Origin: an uncultured Bacilli bacterium | Lineage (GTDB): Bacteria; Bacillota_I; Bacilli_A; RF39; UBA660 | Assembly (NCBI GenBank): GCA_947586825.1 | Contig: CANPXU010000001.1 | Coordinates: 11,815 to 75,814, forward strand | DNA: 64,000 nucleotides | Direction: 5' to 3' | In this document: piece after piece, positions 47,326 to 57,048 of the stretch | Layout: each line of letters opens with the position of its first letter | How positions within the stretch are numbered: the first letter of the stretch is position 1 | Made by a program: the position numbers and the translations under genes | Notes under the pieces: generated by a model | What the model was told of the DNA's origin: nothing | What the model saw: the letters and a program-made list of their open reading frames with translations, nothing else | The model's database searches: none

Positions 47326-49635
47326 CTACCAAGAGCCTCCTCCGCCTCCACCGGAACCTCCGCCAGAGAAACCGCCACCAGAAGATCCAGACGAACCAGA
47401 ACTACTAGGGCTTGATGACATTGCCGCTTGGGCAGATGTCATAGTCGAATTCAAAAAGCTATTAAATCTTATTAAATCAAATGTATCAGGACCATCATAC
47501 CATGTAGGAGCCTGCATAGATATTGACTCAAAATTCTTTATCCATTTATCAGAAACTCCTAAGACATAAGTATATGGTAAGATATCATAAAAATATGTAG
47601 GTTGTTCATTTACTAAAGCTTCTAACTTTTCTTTTTCGGCAGTTTCAAGGAAGTTTTTAAAACCTCTTAATTTACCAAGAACTTCGTTTCCATAAGGGGT
47701 TCTTTTTGGTAAATAATTTAATAAAACTAACATTAAAACTATGCATATTACTCCTATTACATAGGCTGATATATAAAGTAAGTCATTACTAATCGCCGGA
47801 TAAACAATATTTACCCAAGGAATGACAATGAATGATCCACCCCAGATAAAAAAGAATATTTTAAGAAAAATATTAGCTCCATCAAAGGTACTAGATAAAC
47901 CATAGCAAAGAATAAAAACGGCAACTACAAACACAAGGGCAAAAGGACTAATTATTGCCATCAATGTTGGAAAAAAGCCATTATAAGCTGCCTGTGGAGG
48001 AATTGTTATAGCTAAAAATGCTATAATAACAAGAAGTATAACATACTTGATTTTACCCGTGGCTTTTTTATCAAATATTTTTTGCTTATTTTCTTTAGAA
48101 TTTTCGTTCTTCTTAATTTCATTCATCGTTTTATAAAAACTATCATATAAGTCTGATGATGTTACTTCCAAAGGCATTGTTTCATCTTTCTTATTTTTGG
48201 CATTTTTAAATAAGCCTTCTAAGAATAGTTTTTCATTTTCATCAGTTCCATCATAGTCTTTTATCTTTGTGATTTTAAATTCTTTACTCTTTGATAAAAT
48301 ACCTTTTTCTTCCGTTTCCGTAATTTTTATATAACCTTTATTAGCTAGATAGATAAGTAGTGATGTTACATCTTCAGAATCTGCTCTACCCTTATATAAA
48401 AAGCCCACATCCAAGCTATTGCAATTTTCCGGAGGTCGGAATTCTACCGTTTCTATAGCTTCATCATCACGGCCAAATTTATACCAAAAAACAAAGGAAA
48501 TAATAAGACCTAAAACAGGAACGACAAACATTGAATAATCAAGAATGTTATATTCAAGACCAGCATTTTGAAAATAGCCATCCTCAAGTTCACATCTTAC
48601 AGTTAAAGCTTCCTGTGGATTTAATACATCATAATAGCTACCTGTTATTAGATTATCATCTACAAAATAATATACTTGAACATTACTTGTAGAGCCTCTT
48701 TTTCCTGAAGAAAATCCTAACTTAGATTCATCAAAATCTTTAGGCATTTTAATCTTAAATGTTACATTTTTAATAATGGTATCTTCCCATTCTGTACCTA
48801 TTAAGTTAAAATATAATTCATCGGCATCTTTTATAGGATCCTTACCAATATTATAAGTATACTCTATAACATAGGTTTGTTTTCCTGTTACAGTAGTCCC
48901 TGATGAACCCATTTTTATCTCATAATAACCTTCCGTTTTATAAGCTGAATATTTGCCATCTACTTTTAGATTAGTTACTTGAGCTCTATTTTTAGAACTA
49001 GTTCCATCAAGTCTTTCAACAGTATTTTTAAGCGGTATCTTACGATATATACCATGTTTAGGAACATTAAAATAAACTGTTATAGTTTCTTTAATATCAA
49101 AAGTATTATTCTCATTAACAGTCATTTCAATATCATAATTATCTATGACATATTCATATTTTTTATCTTGCTCATCTTCAGGAACATATTCATCATCAAT
49201 ACCTGAAAGATCAGTTTTCATAACTGAAGTAATCTCAATATTGAAATAAGTAATATCTTCCAAGGTATAACCATCCTCTAAAGAATCTTCACTTAGTAAA
49301 AAATCAGCAAAATCATAATCATTTGCATATATATTTTTAACATCAAGATAAGAAGTTATTTCCTTATAATTTTCATCATAGTAACTAATCCTAAATAAAA
49401 TCGATACATCATAGTCATTATAGTTACCCACAAAGCCTCTTAAGCCAAAAGAAGAAGGTTCTTCATAATCTAAAGAGTCAAAATAAACATTAGTAATATC
49501 AATATTATCTTGCTCTATCTTAGATACTGAATCGTATACTGAAGTATATTCTTCTTTTGCCAAAGGGGTTTCTAAAGCCAAAGAAAAAGAAAAAACTAGT
49601 AAAAAAACATAAATTAATCTTTTAATTATTTTCAT
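47326..49635 (-). CDS. DUF2207-family membrane protein with Gly/Ser-rich C-terminal tail
   Basis: 769 aa. Signal peptide, a large extracellular domain, several TM segments, and tail SSGSSGSSGGGFSGGGSGGGGGGSW typical of the family. Adjacent to lemA. Confidence 0.7.
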   Translation of the reverse strand: MKIIKRLIYVFLLVFSFSLALETPLAKEEYTSVYDSVSKIEQDNIDITNVYFDSLDYEEPSSFGLRGFVGNYNDYDVSILFRISYYDENYKEITSYLDVKNIYANDYDFADFLLSEDSLEDGYTLEDITYFNIEITSVMKTDLSGIDDEYVPEDEQDKKYEYVIDNYDIEMTVNENNTFDIKETITVYFNVPKHGIYRKIPLKNTVERLDGTSSKNRAQVTNLKVDGKYSAYKTEGYYEIKMGSSGTTVTGKQTYVIEYTYNIGKDPIKDADELYFNLIGTEWEDTIIKNVTFKIKMPKDFDESKLGFSSGKRGSTSNVQVYYFVDDNLITGSYYDVLNPQEALTVRCELEDGYFQNAGLEYNILDYSMFVVPVLGLIISFVFWYKFGRDDEAIETVEFRPPENCNSLDVGFLYKGRADSEDVTSLLIYLANKGYIKITETEEKGILSKSKEFKITKIKDYDGTDENEKLFLEGLFKNAKNKKDETMPLEVTSSDLYDSFYKTMNEIKKNENSKENKQKIFDKKATGKIKYVILLVIIAFLAITIPPQAAYNGFFPTLMAIISPFALVFVVAVFILCYGLSSTFDGANIFLKIFFFIWGGSFIVIPWVNIVYPAISNDLLYISAYVIGVICIVLMLVLLNYLPKRTPYGNEVLGKLRGFKNFLETAEKEKLEALVNEQPTYFYDILPYTYVLGVSDKWIKNFESISMQAPTWYDGPDTFDLIRFNSFLNSTMTSAQAAMSSSPSSSGSSGSSGGGFSGGGSGGGGGGSW

Positions 49636-49652
49636 AATAGTTTATTCCTTTA

Positions 49653-50201
49653 TTAAAATTCAACTTTAACGTTTTGTCTTTCAGCTTCTTCAGCTTGGAA
49701 CATAGCTTTTGGTTTAAAGCCAAATAGTTTAGCTACGATATTGCTAGGTATTACTTGAACTTTATTGTTATAACTTCTAACAACACCATTATAGTATTTT
49801 CTAGAGTTAGCTATATCTTCTTCAACTTTAGAAAGTTCATTTGTTAAATCACTAAAGTTTTGACTAGCTTTTAAATCTGGATAAGCTTCTGCTAAAGCCA
49901 TAATCTTATTAATACCATTAGAGATTTTTTCGTTAGCACTAATCTTTTCATCGCTAGACATATTATCATAAGCACTATTTCTAAGCTCTACGATTTCTTT
50001 AAATGTTTCTGATTCATGTTTAGTATAACCTTTAACAGTTTCAATTAAGTTAGGAATTAAATCCCATCTTTTCTTAAGATATACATCCATAGTAGAGAAA
50101 GCTTCTCCAACTTTATTTCTTAATTTTACTAAACTATTATAGCAAACAAGAACATAAAGAATAATTAAAACAATTATGGCGATTAAAATATAAACCCACA
50201 T
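49653..50201 (-). CDS. lemA: LemA family protein
   Basis: 182 aa. N-terminal TM segment followed by YNSLV.LRN.V.EAFS..DV.LKRR.DLIPNL. Confidence 0.8.
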   Translation of the reverse strand: MWVYILIAIIVLIILYVLVCYNSLVKLRNKVGEAFSTMDVYLKKRWDLIPNLIETVKGYTKHESETFKEIVELRNSAYDNMSSDEKISANEKISNGINKIMALAEAYPDLKASQNFSDLTNELSKVEEDIANSRKYYNGVVRSYNNKVQVIPSNIVAKLFGFKPKAMFQAEEAERQNVKVEF

Positions 50202-50330
50202 AATTTCACCTCCTATTATGATTTAATTCTATCATATATTTATGCTTTTTAACAACTTCCATTGATATAAATTTTAAAAACTGATAAAATAATTTTAGTA
50301 GTATCTAAATAAGAAGGAAGGGCTATCGAA

Positions 50331-52769
50331 GTGACTTTAGTTAAATGTGATAAGTGTGGAAAAATGGTTAGTAATAATGCTTCGAAATGCATTTATTGTG
50401 GTAAGCCATTGAAACATAAAACCACCGAGAAAAGCAAAAATACTATTAAGTGTAAAAATTGTGGCAAAAGATATAATGCTTCGTATAAGTCGTGTCCATA
50501 TTGTACTAATGAGCAAGTAGAAGTTAAAGAAGAAAAAGCATATTATAAATATTTAGATTTCTTAAGAGTTATCTTCTGTATTGCTATTTTACTTTATCAT
50601 ATCGGCTTTTTAAAAGGCGGCTATTTAGCAGTTTGTTCATTCTTTGTTTTAAGTAGTTATCTTGCTGTATTATCAGCTTTCAAAAGTGAGAAATTTGATC
50701 TTGGTAAATATTATAAAAGCAGGCTTTTAAAGCTATATTTACCCGTAATTATAGTAGTCTTTATGACGATACCATTAGTTAATTCTATCAAAGGATTAAT
50801 ATGGCTTAACTTAAGACCCGAAACGACCTCCGTGCTATTTGGCTATAATAACTTTTGGCAAATCGGAGCTAATTTAGATTACTTTGCAAGACACACAAGC
50901 TCACCATTTATGCACCTATGGTACATATCAATATTAATGCAATTTGAACTTGTTTTCCCATTTATCTTTATGCTTTTAAGAAAAATGGGCGATAAAATAA
51001 ATAAGGAACTACCTAGCATCGGAGCATTTGCCCTTGCTCTTGCTAGTAGCATTTATTTCTTTATTTGTTTAAATGGCAAAAATATTATGATTCCATACTA
51101 TAATACTTTTGCCAGAAGCTTTTCTTTACTTTTTGGTCTAGGCTGTGGCTTTATGCATGTATATTATAGTGACCGAGTTCCTAAAAAAATTAAAGACCAA
51201 CCTATATGGAGTAAAGTAATATTTTATCTATATCTTTTAATTACTATCCTATTATTTATCTTTATTAAATCTGATTCTCCTTTCTTAGGAGCAAGCATGA
51301 TGATAGTAACCTTTACTTCATGTCGTTTAATAGAATATGGTATATCATTTAATAAGTGTCATATTCCTATTAATGATTATGTAATGAAGACTTTATCAGG
51401 TATGACCCTTTGGGTATACTTATTCCAATATCCACTTATCTATGTTTTCCAATATGTACAATTAAATATGGGGTTAAAAATGACATTAATGATACTTATC
51501 TTAATTAGTATATCTTTCATACTATATTATATCTTTAGAAAAGAAAGAAAATATAAATGGCTTCAAGAATTACTTGTAGCTATAATATGTGCTTTGACAA
51601 TCTTTGGAGCTTGGCAATTTTGCACCTCTAAAGATAACACATATGAACTTAAAGCTTTAGAAGATCAACTTGCTGAAAATGAAGAAAAAGCTAAAGAAAG
51701 CCAAAAAGAATATGAAAAGAAATTAGCAGAAGCTCAAAAGAAACTTGATAGTACTTTATCCGATATTGATGCTACTTTAGAAAATCTTAGTACAACCATT
51801 TTAGAGCTTCCTATCTTAGGAATTGGTGATTCGATTATGCTAGGAGCTTCACCAACACTGGAAGAAAAATTTGTTAATAGCCACTTTGATGGCGCTGTAT
51901 CTCGTCAAATATGGGGAAGCTATGATGTTATTGATGAATATAAAAAGTCTAATACCCTTGGTAATCCTATCGTTATAAATTTAGGAGCCAATGGTAACTG
52001 TGGCGAAGAATATAAACGAAAATTAGTTGAAAGCTTTGGTGATCGAGAAATATTCTGGGCTACCGTAACTAATGATAGTACAGTACAAATCAATGATAGT
52101 ATTAAGGCTTTAGCGGAAGAATATCCGAACTTACACGTCTTTGACTGGGCGGCCATCTCTAAAGGCCATGCAGAATACTTTGCTGTTGATGGTATCCATT
52201 TAACGGGCTCAGGTAGCCAGGCTTATGCGGATGGCCTATATGACGCTATTTATAAAGTATATGAAGAAAAATATACTAAACTTAAAGATGAAGCCATTAA
52301 CAACTTTGAAACCGAAGAAAAAAACAAATTTAGTTTCTATGGCAATGATCTTTTATTAAATGCTTTCTCATTATTAAAGGATACTTATAAAGATGATGCC
52401 TTTAATATGGATAGCTCTTTAGATTATAAAAAGCTTAAAGAAAAGATTCAAAAAGATATTGATGATAAGAAAATAAATAATAAAGTTGTTATAGCTCTTG
52501 ATAATAGTGTTGAGCTTTCTAAAGAAAATTATGAAGAATTAATAAATCTTTTAAAGGACCAAAAAGTATATATTATTCTTACTACAAGTGATAGTGTTAA
52601 AATCTTTAAAGATTATGAAAAAGATAATGTAATTACCATTAATTTCTATGATGAAATGAATAAGAATAAAGATAAATATCTTTTAAAAGATGAAACTCAT
52701 TTAACAGAAGATGGCAATAAAGCTCTTATTAAACTATTAGATAAATCACTAAAAGATTCTAGTAACTAA
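50331..52769 (+). CDS. OatA-like O-acetyltransferase: double zinc-ribbon + acyltransferase-3 membrane domain + SGNH hydrolase-like domain + extra C-terminal domain
   Basis: GTG start. Zinc ribbons CDKCGK..CIYCG and CKNCGK..CPYC. About 10 TM segments (acyltransferase-3 domain). SGNH-like block (ILGIGDSIMLGA ... DGIHLT). Confidence 0.7.
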   Translation: MTLVKCDKCGKMVSNNASKCIYCGKPLKHKTTEKSKNTIKCKNCGKRYNASYKSCPYCTNEQVEVKEEKAYYKYLDFLRVIFCIAILLYHIGFLKGGYLAVCSFFVLSSYLAVLSAFKSEKFDLGKYYKSRLLKLYLPVIIVVFMTIPLVNSIKGLIWLNLRPETTSVLFGYNNFWQIGANLDYFARHTSSPFMHLWYISILMQFELVFPFIFMLLRKMGDKINKELPSIGAFALALASSIYFFICLNGKNIMIPYYNTFARSFSLLFGLGCGFMHVYYSDRVPKKIKDQPIWSKVIFYLYLLITILLFIFIKSDSPFLGASMMIVTFTSCRLIEYGISFNKCHIPINDYVMKTLSGMTLWVYLFQYPLIYVFQYVQLNMGLKMTLMILILISISFILYYIFRKERKYKWLQELLVAIICALTIFGAWQFCTSKDNTYELKALEDQLAENEEKAKESQKEYEKKLAEAQKKLDSTLSDIDATLENLSTTILELPILGIGDSIMLGASPTLEEKFVNSHFDGAVSRQIWGSYDVIDEYKKSNTLGNPIVINLGANGNCGEEYKRKLVESFGDREIFWATVTNDSTVQINDSIKALAEEYPNLHVFDWAAISKGHAEYFAVDGIHLTGSGSQAYADGLYDAIYKVYEEKYTKLKDEAINNFETEEKNKFSFYGNDLLLNAFSLLKDTYKDDAFNMDSSLDYKKLKEKIQKDIDDKKINNKVVIALDNSVELSKENYEELINLLKDQKVYIILTTSDSVKIFKDYEKDNVITINFYDEMNKNKDKYLLKDETHLTEDGNKALIKLLDKSLKDSSN

Positions 52770-52824
52770 CCTAGAATCTTTTTTTGATGGCAAAAAAATA
52801 GTAATAAAGTAAATAATTTTATTA

Positions 52825-53097
52825 CTATCTAATATCATTTATTAATTGTTTAATTAATTCAAGACCAATCTTTTTATCGTTGATATCTGTAATATCAATT
52901 AATTTAATATTATTACCCTCTTTTTTATAAAGAGAATAATATAATTTTAATTTATTATTTTCATCTAAAGTTTTATCCGTATAAACGATAAAATCTTTGT
53001 TGGTGTTATCATCATGGTAAGTGGCAATGACATCACATATTACTCTATTGCCATTTTTATCTTGAGTTTCAAATTTTAGTTCATTCATAAATATCAC
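52825..53097 (-). CDS. DUF1292-family small protein
   Basis: About 88 aa. Pattern DKNGNRVICDVIATYHDDNTNKDFIVYTD. The start is probably MNELKF. Confidence 0.5.
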   Translation of the reverse strand: MIFMNELKFETQDKNGNRVICDVIATYHDDNTNKDFIVYTDKTLDENNKLKLYYSLYKKEGNNIKLIDITDINDKKIGLELIKQLINDIR

Positions 53098-53145
53098 CTT
53101 ACTTACAACAATATAACAAAAAAATAGAAGTATTTCTACTTCTAT

Positions 53146-53670
53146 CTATTTAACTTTTAAAACTTCTTGATTTTCATAAGTAACATCGCTAGTTTCAGGA
53201 TCAATTGAAGCTTCACCCCAAGTGGCTTTTAACCCATAACCAAGACTTTTTTCATAAGTGCTTGTTCTAACACATACTGGATTTCCGTTTTCATCAGTAG
53301 TTAAAACATAACCCGCCGGTGCACAATAAAAATTACCAGTACTATCTTTAATAGGTGAAGTAATTTCTGTTTTTACATCTTGGGCAGTAATCTTACCATA
53401 TGAGATAGTTACATCTTCTATACCTTTTTCCGCATATTCTTTTTCCATTTCCGGCCATTGATGTGCTGCAACTCCTAAAGTAAATCCTGGTGTATATTCT
53501 CCTTCAATAGCTAATGGTATAAAGCCAAGTTGTGTAATAGGACAAATTTCTTTAGTATGATCTACATGAGTATCATATACTTCAAGCCCTACTCCTAAAC
53601 CTATTGCAGCGGTTAATAATCCTGCACCAACGTACTTCATTATTTTCTCTTTGTTAATTTTACTTTCCAT
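53146..53670 (-). CDS. Hypothetical membrane-anchored protein
   Basis: 174 aa with an N-terminal TM segment (YVGAGLLTAAIGLGVGL). No recognised domain. Confidence 0.45.
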   Translation of the reverse strand: MESKINKEKIMKYVGAGLLTAAIGLGVGLEVYDTHVDHTKEICPITQLGFIPLAIEGEYTPGFTLGVAAHQWPEMEKEYAEKGIEDVTISYGKITAQDVKTEITSPIKDSTGNFYCAPAGYVLTTDENGNPVCVRTSTYEKSLGYGLKATWGEASIDPETSDVTYENQEVLKVK

Positions 53671-53792
53671 TTTAATTCCCCCTTTTTTTAAATTGAAAAC
53701 ATTTTCATTTCGCTTAACAATAGGTACATTATACCACTGATGTAAACTTTTTTCAAACTTCTATTAATTTTATATGATAAATAGGCAAATAA

Positions 53793-54827
53793 CTACTCTT
53801 GTACTAAACAAGTTCCTAAAGTAGCATTAGTTTCACTTAAAAGCATATTAACAAGGTCTAGTGAAGCATCAATAAAATAAGTATTGCCTTGACCTGTTAA
53901 AATATAGTTAACAGTATAATCTTCAGGATTATTTAAACTTAAATTAATTAAATCCTCAATATTAACAGAGTATACTCCGTTGATAGGTGTTGGCTTTTTA
54001 TCCGCTGTCGTAAAAGTATAATAATATTCATATGTATTGTCAGGATATAAATAAAGTACTGGTGTTAAACAATTAAGACCTGAATATTTTAAAGTATAAA
54101 CGTCATCTCTATTTTTAAGATAATCTTCATCATTATTTATAATACTATTAATAAATCTTTCTTCATCGCTAGTTACACTATCTTTATAAAGACGGTTTAC
54201 TTCCCTATTATCATTAAATAATGACTTAATATAATCTACTATTTCAGCATTAGAATCTTTACTAAAATCAAGATTATAAGCTTCTTCAATATCTATTATA
54301 TTTAATTTATCATCTGATAAACTAACCTTTTTAACATGAACTAAATTATTATCTTTTAAATAAATAATATAGTTATTATCTTCATAACTAAGATAAATAC
54401 TATAAATATAGTCCTCTACCGAAGTTATGAATTCTTCTTCATTTTTCTTATTTAAAATATCATCGATAACAAGTGTTTGATAATCATCTAAAGCATTATA
54501 ATCTATATTTATTCTCTTAGATTTATCATCAAAGTTATTATCAATAAACTTAATAAACTTTTGCACAGAATCATATGAATAATTTAAATTATCATCATTT
54601 ACAATAATCTTATCTTGATACACTTTTATAATATCGTCATTAACTTTTATATCATAGACTCCCGAATCTTTATGGGTATTATCTTTTAGAAAATAAATAA
54701 AACCACAGGTTAAAAAGGCTATTAAAAATAACCCTATTATGATAATAATAGCAATCTTTTTCTTAATATCACCTTTCATCTTAACCTCTATTTTATTTTC
54801 TATTAATAGTATACATCTTAATATCAA
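53793..54827 (-). CDS. Hypothetical membrane-anchored N/D/Y-rich protein
   Basis: The ORF gives 344 aa. TM segment IAIIIIIGLFLIAFLTCGFIYFL. The start is probably the internal MKGDIKKK. Confidence 0.45.
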   Translation of the reverse strand: MILRCILLIENKIEVKMKGDIKKKIAIIIIIGLFLIAFLTCGFIYFLKDNTHKDSGVYDIKVNDDIIKVYQDKIIVNDDNLNYSYDSVQKFIKFIDNNFDDKSKRINIDYNALDDYQTLVIDDILNKKNEEEFITSVEDYIYSIYLSYEDNNYIIYLKDNNLVHVKKVSLSDDKLNIIDIEEAYNLDFSKDSNAEIVDYIKSLFNDNREVNRLYKDSVTSDEERFINSIINNDEDYLKNRDDVYTLKYSGLNCLTPVLYLYPDNTYEYYYTFTTADKKPTPINGVYSVNIEDLINLSLNNPEDYTVNYILTGQGNTYFIDASLDLVNMLLSETNATLGTCLVQE

Positions 54828-55196
54828 GAAGTCAAAATTTATTATTTTGTTTCAATTTTTTGTAATTCTTCTTTTTCTATTTGAGCAATTGATTTTGCGG
54901 GAGTAGGTAAATCTTCAGGCATATCTATCGTTTTGCCGATATCGGCAAAATGATAAGCAACCCTATTTAGCTTAATTTGATTATGTGTATTAATTATACC
55001 CTTTTTTTAAATATAGGAAAAGGTTAAAAGATCATCGTTTCTTAAAAAATTCAAAAGTTCATTACATTTTTATATCTTACTTGCGTATGCTTTACACATT
55101 AAAAATACAGAATTATATTATTTAAAATTTATTGATGTTATAATGAATTTATAAATAGTTCCACAGACTATTTTTACTGATAAAAAGGAGGTTAAA

Positions 55197-55718
55197 ATGT
55201 TATCAGGTGATGAAATATTAAAACAAATAAAAAAGGGCAACATTAAAATTGATCCCTTTTGTGAAGAGGATATTGAACCAAATAGTTATGTTGTTCATCT
55301 TGCTAATGAACTTTTGGTATATGATAATGATGTCCTAGAGTGCAAAAAGGAAAACACTACGCGTAAAATAACGATTCCTGAAGAGGGCTATATCTTAAGG
55401 CCTGGCGAGTTATACCTAGGTAGAACAGAAGAATATACCGAAACTAATGGTTTTGTTCCTATGCTAAATGGCCGTCTTTCAACAGCAGCTTTAGGTATTA
55501 CGATTCATATTACCGCGGGTTTTGGCGATAATGGCTTCAAAGGTACATGGACTTTAGAAATAATGGTTGTTAAACCAGTAAAGATTTATCCTGGTATGAA
55601 GATTGGTGAATTAAGTTATTTCCCTTTAGTGGGTGATTCTTCTCGCAAATATAAGGGTAAATACTTAGGTCAAAAAGATACTACACCAAGTAGAATCTAT
55701 ACTGACAGAAGTATATAG
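55197..55718 (+). CDS. dcd: dCTP deaminase-family protein, paralog A (catalytic D...E motif retained, GRSS..R motif degenerate)
   Basis: 173 aa. MLSGDEILK.. N-terminus. GRLSTAALGITIHITAGFGDNGFKGTWTLEI, compared with the family pattern GRSS..R.G...H.TA..ID.G..G...LE. Confidence 0.75.
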   Translation: MLSGDEILKQIKKGNIKIDPFCEEDIEPNSYVVHLANELLVYDNDVLECKKENTTRKITIPEEGYILRPGELYLGRTEEYTETNGFVPMLNGRLSTAALGITIHITAGFGDNGFKGTWTLEIMVVKPVKIYPGMKIGELSYFPLVGDSSRKYKGKYLGQKDTTPSRIYTDRSI

Positions 55719-55726
55719 GTATTAAT

Positions 55727-56260
55727 ATGTTATCAGGTGATGAAATAATTAAAGAAGTTGAAAATGGTAATATTATAATTAAACCCTTTGATAAAAAACT
55801 AGTTAATCCTAATAGTTATAATATGACCCTTTCTGACGAGCTTTTAATGTACACAGACGATATTTTAGACTGTGCTAAGGAGAATAGTACTAAAGTAATA
55901 AAAATTCCTGAGGATGGCTTAATTTTAGCTCCAGGGACACTTTATATTGCTAAGACAAATGAAATAACTAAAACAGATAAATATGTTCCATCCATAAGTG
56001 GTCGAAGCTCTATTGGTAGAATAGGTCTTACAGTTCACACTTGTGCAGGTCTTGGAACCGTAGGCTATGAAGGATCTTGGTCTTTAGGCATAACATGTGT
56101 AAGACCTACCAAGATCTATCCTAATATGGAACTTTGTCAAATATATTTCTTTCCTATCGAAGGCAAGATTAATAAAAAGTACATGGGTAGATATCAAAAC
56201 AAAGAAGATATAACACCAAGTAAAAGTTATGAAGATTTTAAAAACTTAAAAAGAGCCTAA
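55727..56260 (+). CDS. dCTP deaminase-family protein, paralog B (GRSS..R motif retained, catalytic D and E replaced)
   Basis: 177 aa. MLSGDEIIK.. N-terminus. GRSSIGRIGLTVHTCAGLGTVGYEGSWSLGI (T for D, G for E). 8-nt gap after paralog A. Confidence 0.7.
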   Translation: MLSGDEIIKEVENGNIIIKPFDKKLVNPNSYNMTLSDELLMYTDDILDCAKENSTKVIKIPEDGLILAPGTLYIAKTNEITKTDKYVPSISGRSSIGRIGLTVHTCAGLGTVGYEGSWSLGITCVRPTKIYPNMELCQIYFFPIEGKINKKYMGRYQNKEDITPSKSYEDFKNLKRA

Positions 56261-56284
56261 ATTTGGCTCTTTTGCTTTTTAAGA

Positions 56285-56575
56285 TTAATTATCTAGTATT
56301 GCTTTCAGCATTTCATTAACATTATTATATCCTTTTCTTTTTCCTTCTTTTATTTCTTGGATAATTCTTTCCCCTTCTTCTAATGATTTTAATAATTCTT
56401 TATTAGGTTTAGGATTAGATACTTTAAATGGTAATCCATCAGCCTTTATTAGTTGCTTTATTGCCATATTAACAAATGTGTTCATATCTAGACCTAACTC
56501 ATTTAAAATATTAGTAGCTTCTTCTTTATCTTTAGTAGCAACTTTTACTTTTATAACACTTGTTAAATTTTTCAT
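56285..56575 (-). CDS. RelB/DinJ-family antitoxin-like protein (no cognate toxin recognised)
   Basis: 96 aa. IKVKVATKDKEEATNILNELGLDMNTFVNMAIKQLIKADGLPFKV matches the DinJ/RelB RHH pattern. Confidence 0.65.
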   Translation of the reverse strand: MKNLTSVIKVKVATKDKEEATNILNELGLDMNTFVNMAIKQLIKADGLPFKVSNPKPNKELLKSLEEGERIIQEIKEGKRKGYNNVNEMLKAILDN

Positions 56576-56589
56576 CTAAAACTCCTTTA

Positions 56590-57048
56590 CTATTTTAATA
56601 TATCTTCCATTTTAATATTTTTTTCTTTTAACCCTAGCTTTTGATAAAATGCTATAGCATCTTTATTAAATGCCCATACATTTAACTCAATACTATCTAA
56701 ATTATCTTTAATAGCTTTATCTTTGGCTTTTAAATATAACTTAGTACCTATTTTATTATTACGATAATCTTTACTTACAGCAATATCATCAATATATAAA
56801 ACTCTTCTTTTTTTAAATAAAGGAATATTAGCACTTTCTATTACTTCACCAAGTATAATACCCATAATATTACCATTTTCTTCATAAGCAAAGTTATATC
56901 CGCTTTGAAGCATATCTAGAAAGCGATTATAAGGTAGTGAACAAGCATCATTATAAATATCAGGTCTATTTGCTAAATGAATTTGATGAACTTCATGTGC
57001 AAGTTCTAAAACTTTATCATAATCTTCTTTTACTATTTCTCTAATCAT
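56590..57048 (-). CDS. GNAT-family N-acetyltransferase
   Basis: 152 aa. YIDDIAVSKDYRNNKIGTKLY (motif A) and AIAFYQKLG. Confidence 0.75.
   Translation of the reverse strand: MIREIVKEDYDKVLELAHEVHQIHLANRPDIYNDACSLPYNRFLDMLQSGYNFAYEENGNIMGIILGEVIESANIPLFKKRRVLYIDDIAVSKDYRNNKIGTKLYLKAKDKAIKDNLDSIELNVWAFNKDAIAFYQKLGLKEKNIKMEDILK

Noticed and set aside
47326-47420. The Gly/Ser-rich coding repeat (SSGSSGSSGGGFSGGGSGGGGGGSW) could be a contingency repeat or collagen-like element.
   Set aside because: The DNA is not a perfect short tandem repeat because codons vary. Such tails are a normal feature of DUF2207 proteins.
54846-54990. Short minus-strand reading frame (..NRVAYHFADIGKTIDMPEDLPTPAKSIAQIEKEELQKIETK*) in the 370-bp gap upstream of dcd, containing the palindrome GCCGATATCGGC.
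   Set aside because: It looks like the C-terminal relic of a degraded gene. It is bounded upstream by a stop codon after ~50 codons, has no start or RBS, and I cannot assign a family with confidence. It is too weak to call as a pseudogene.
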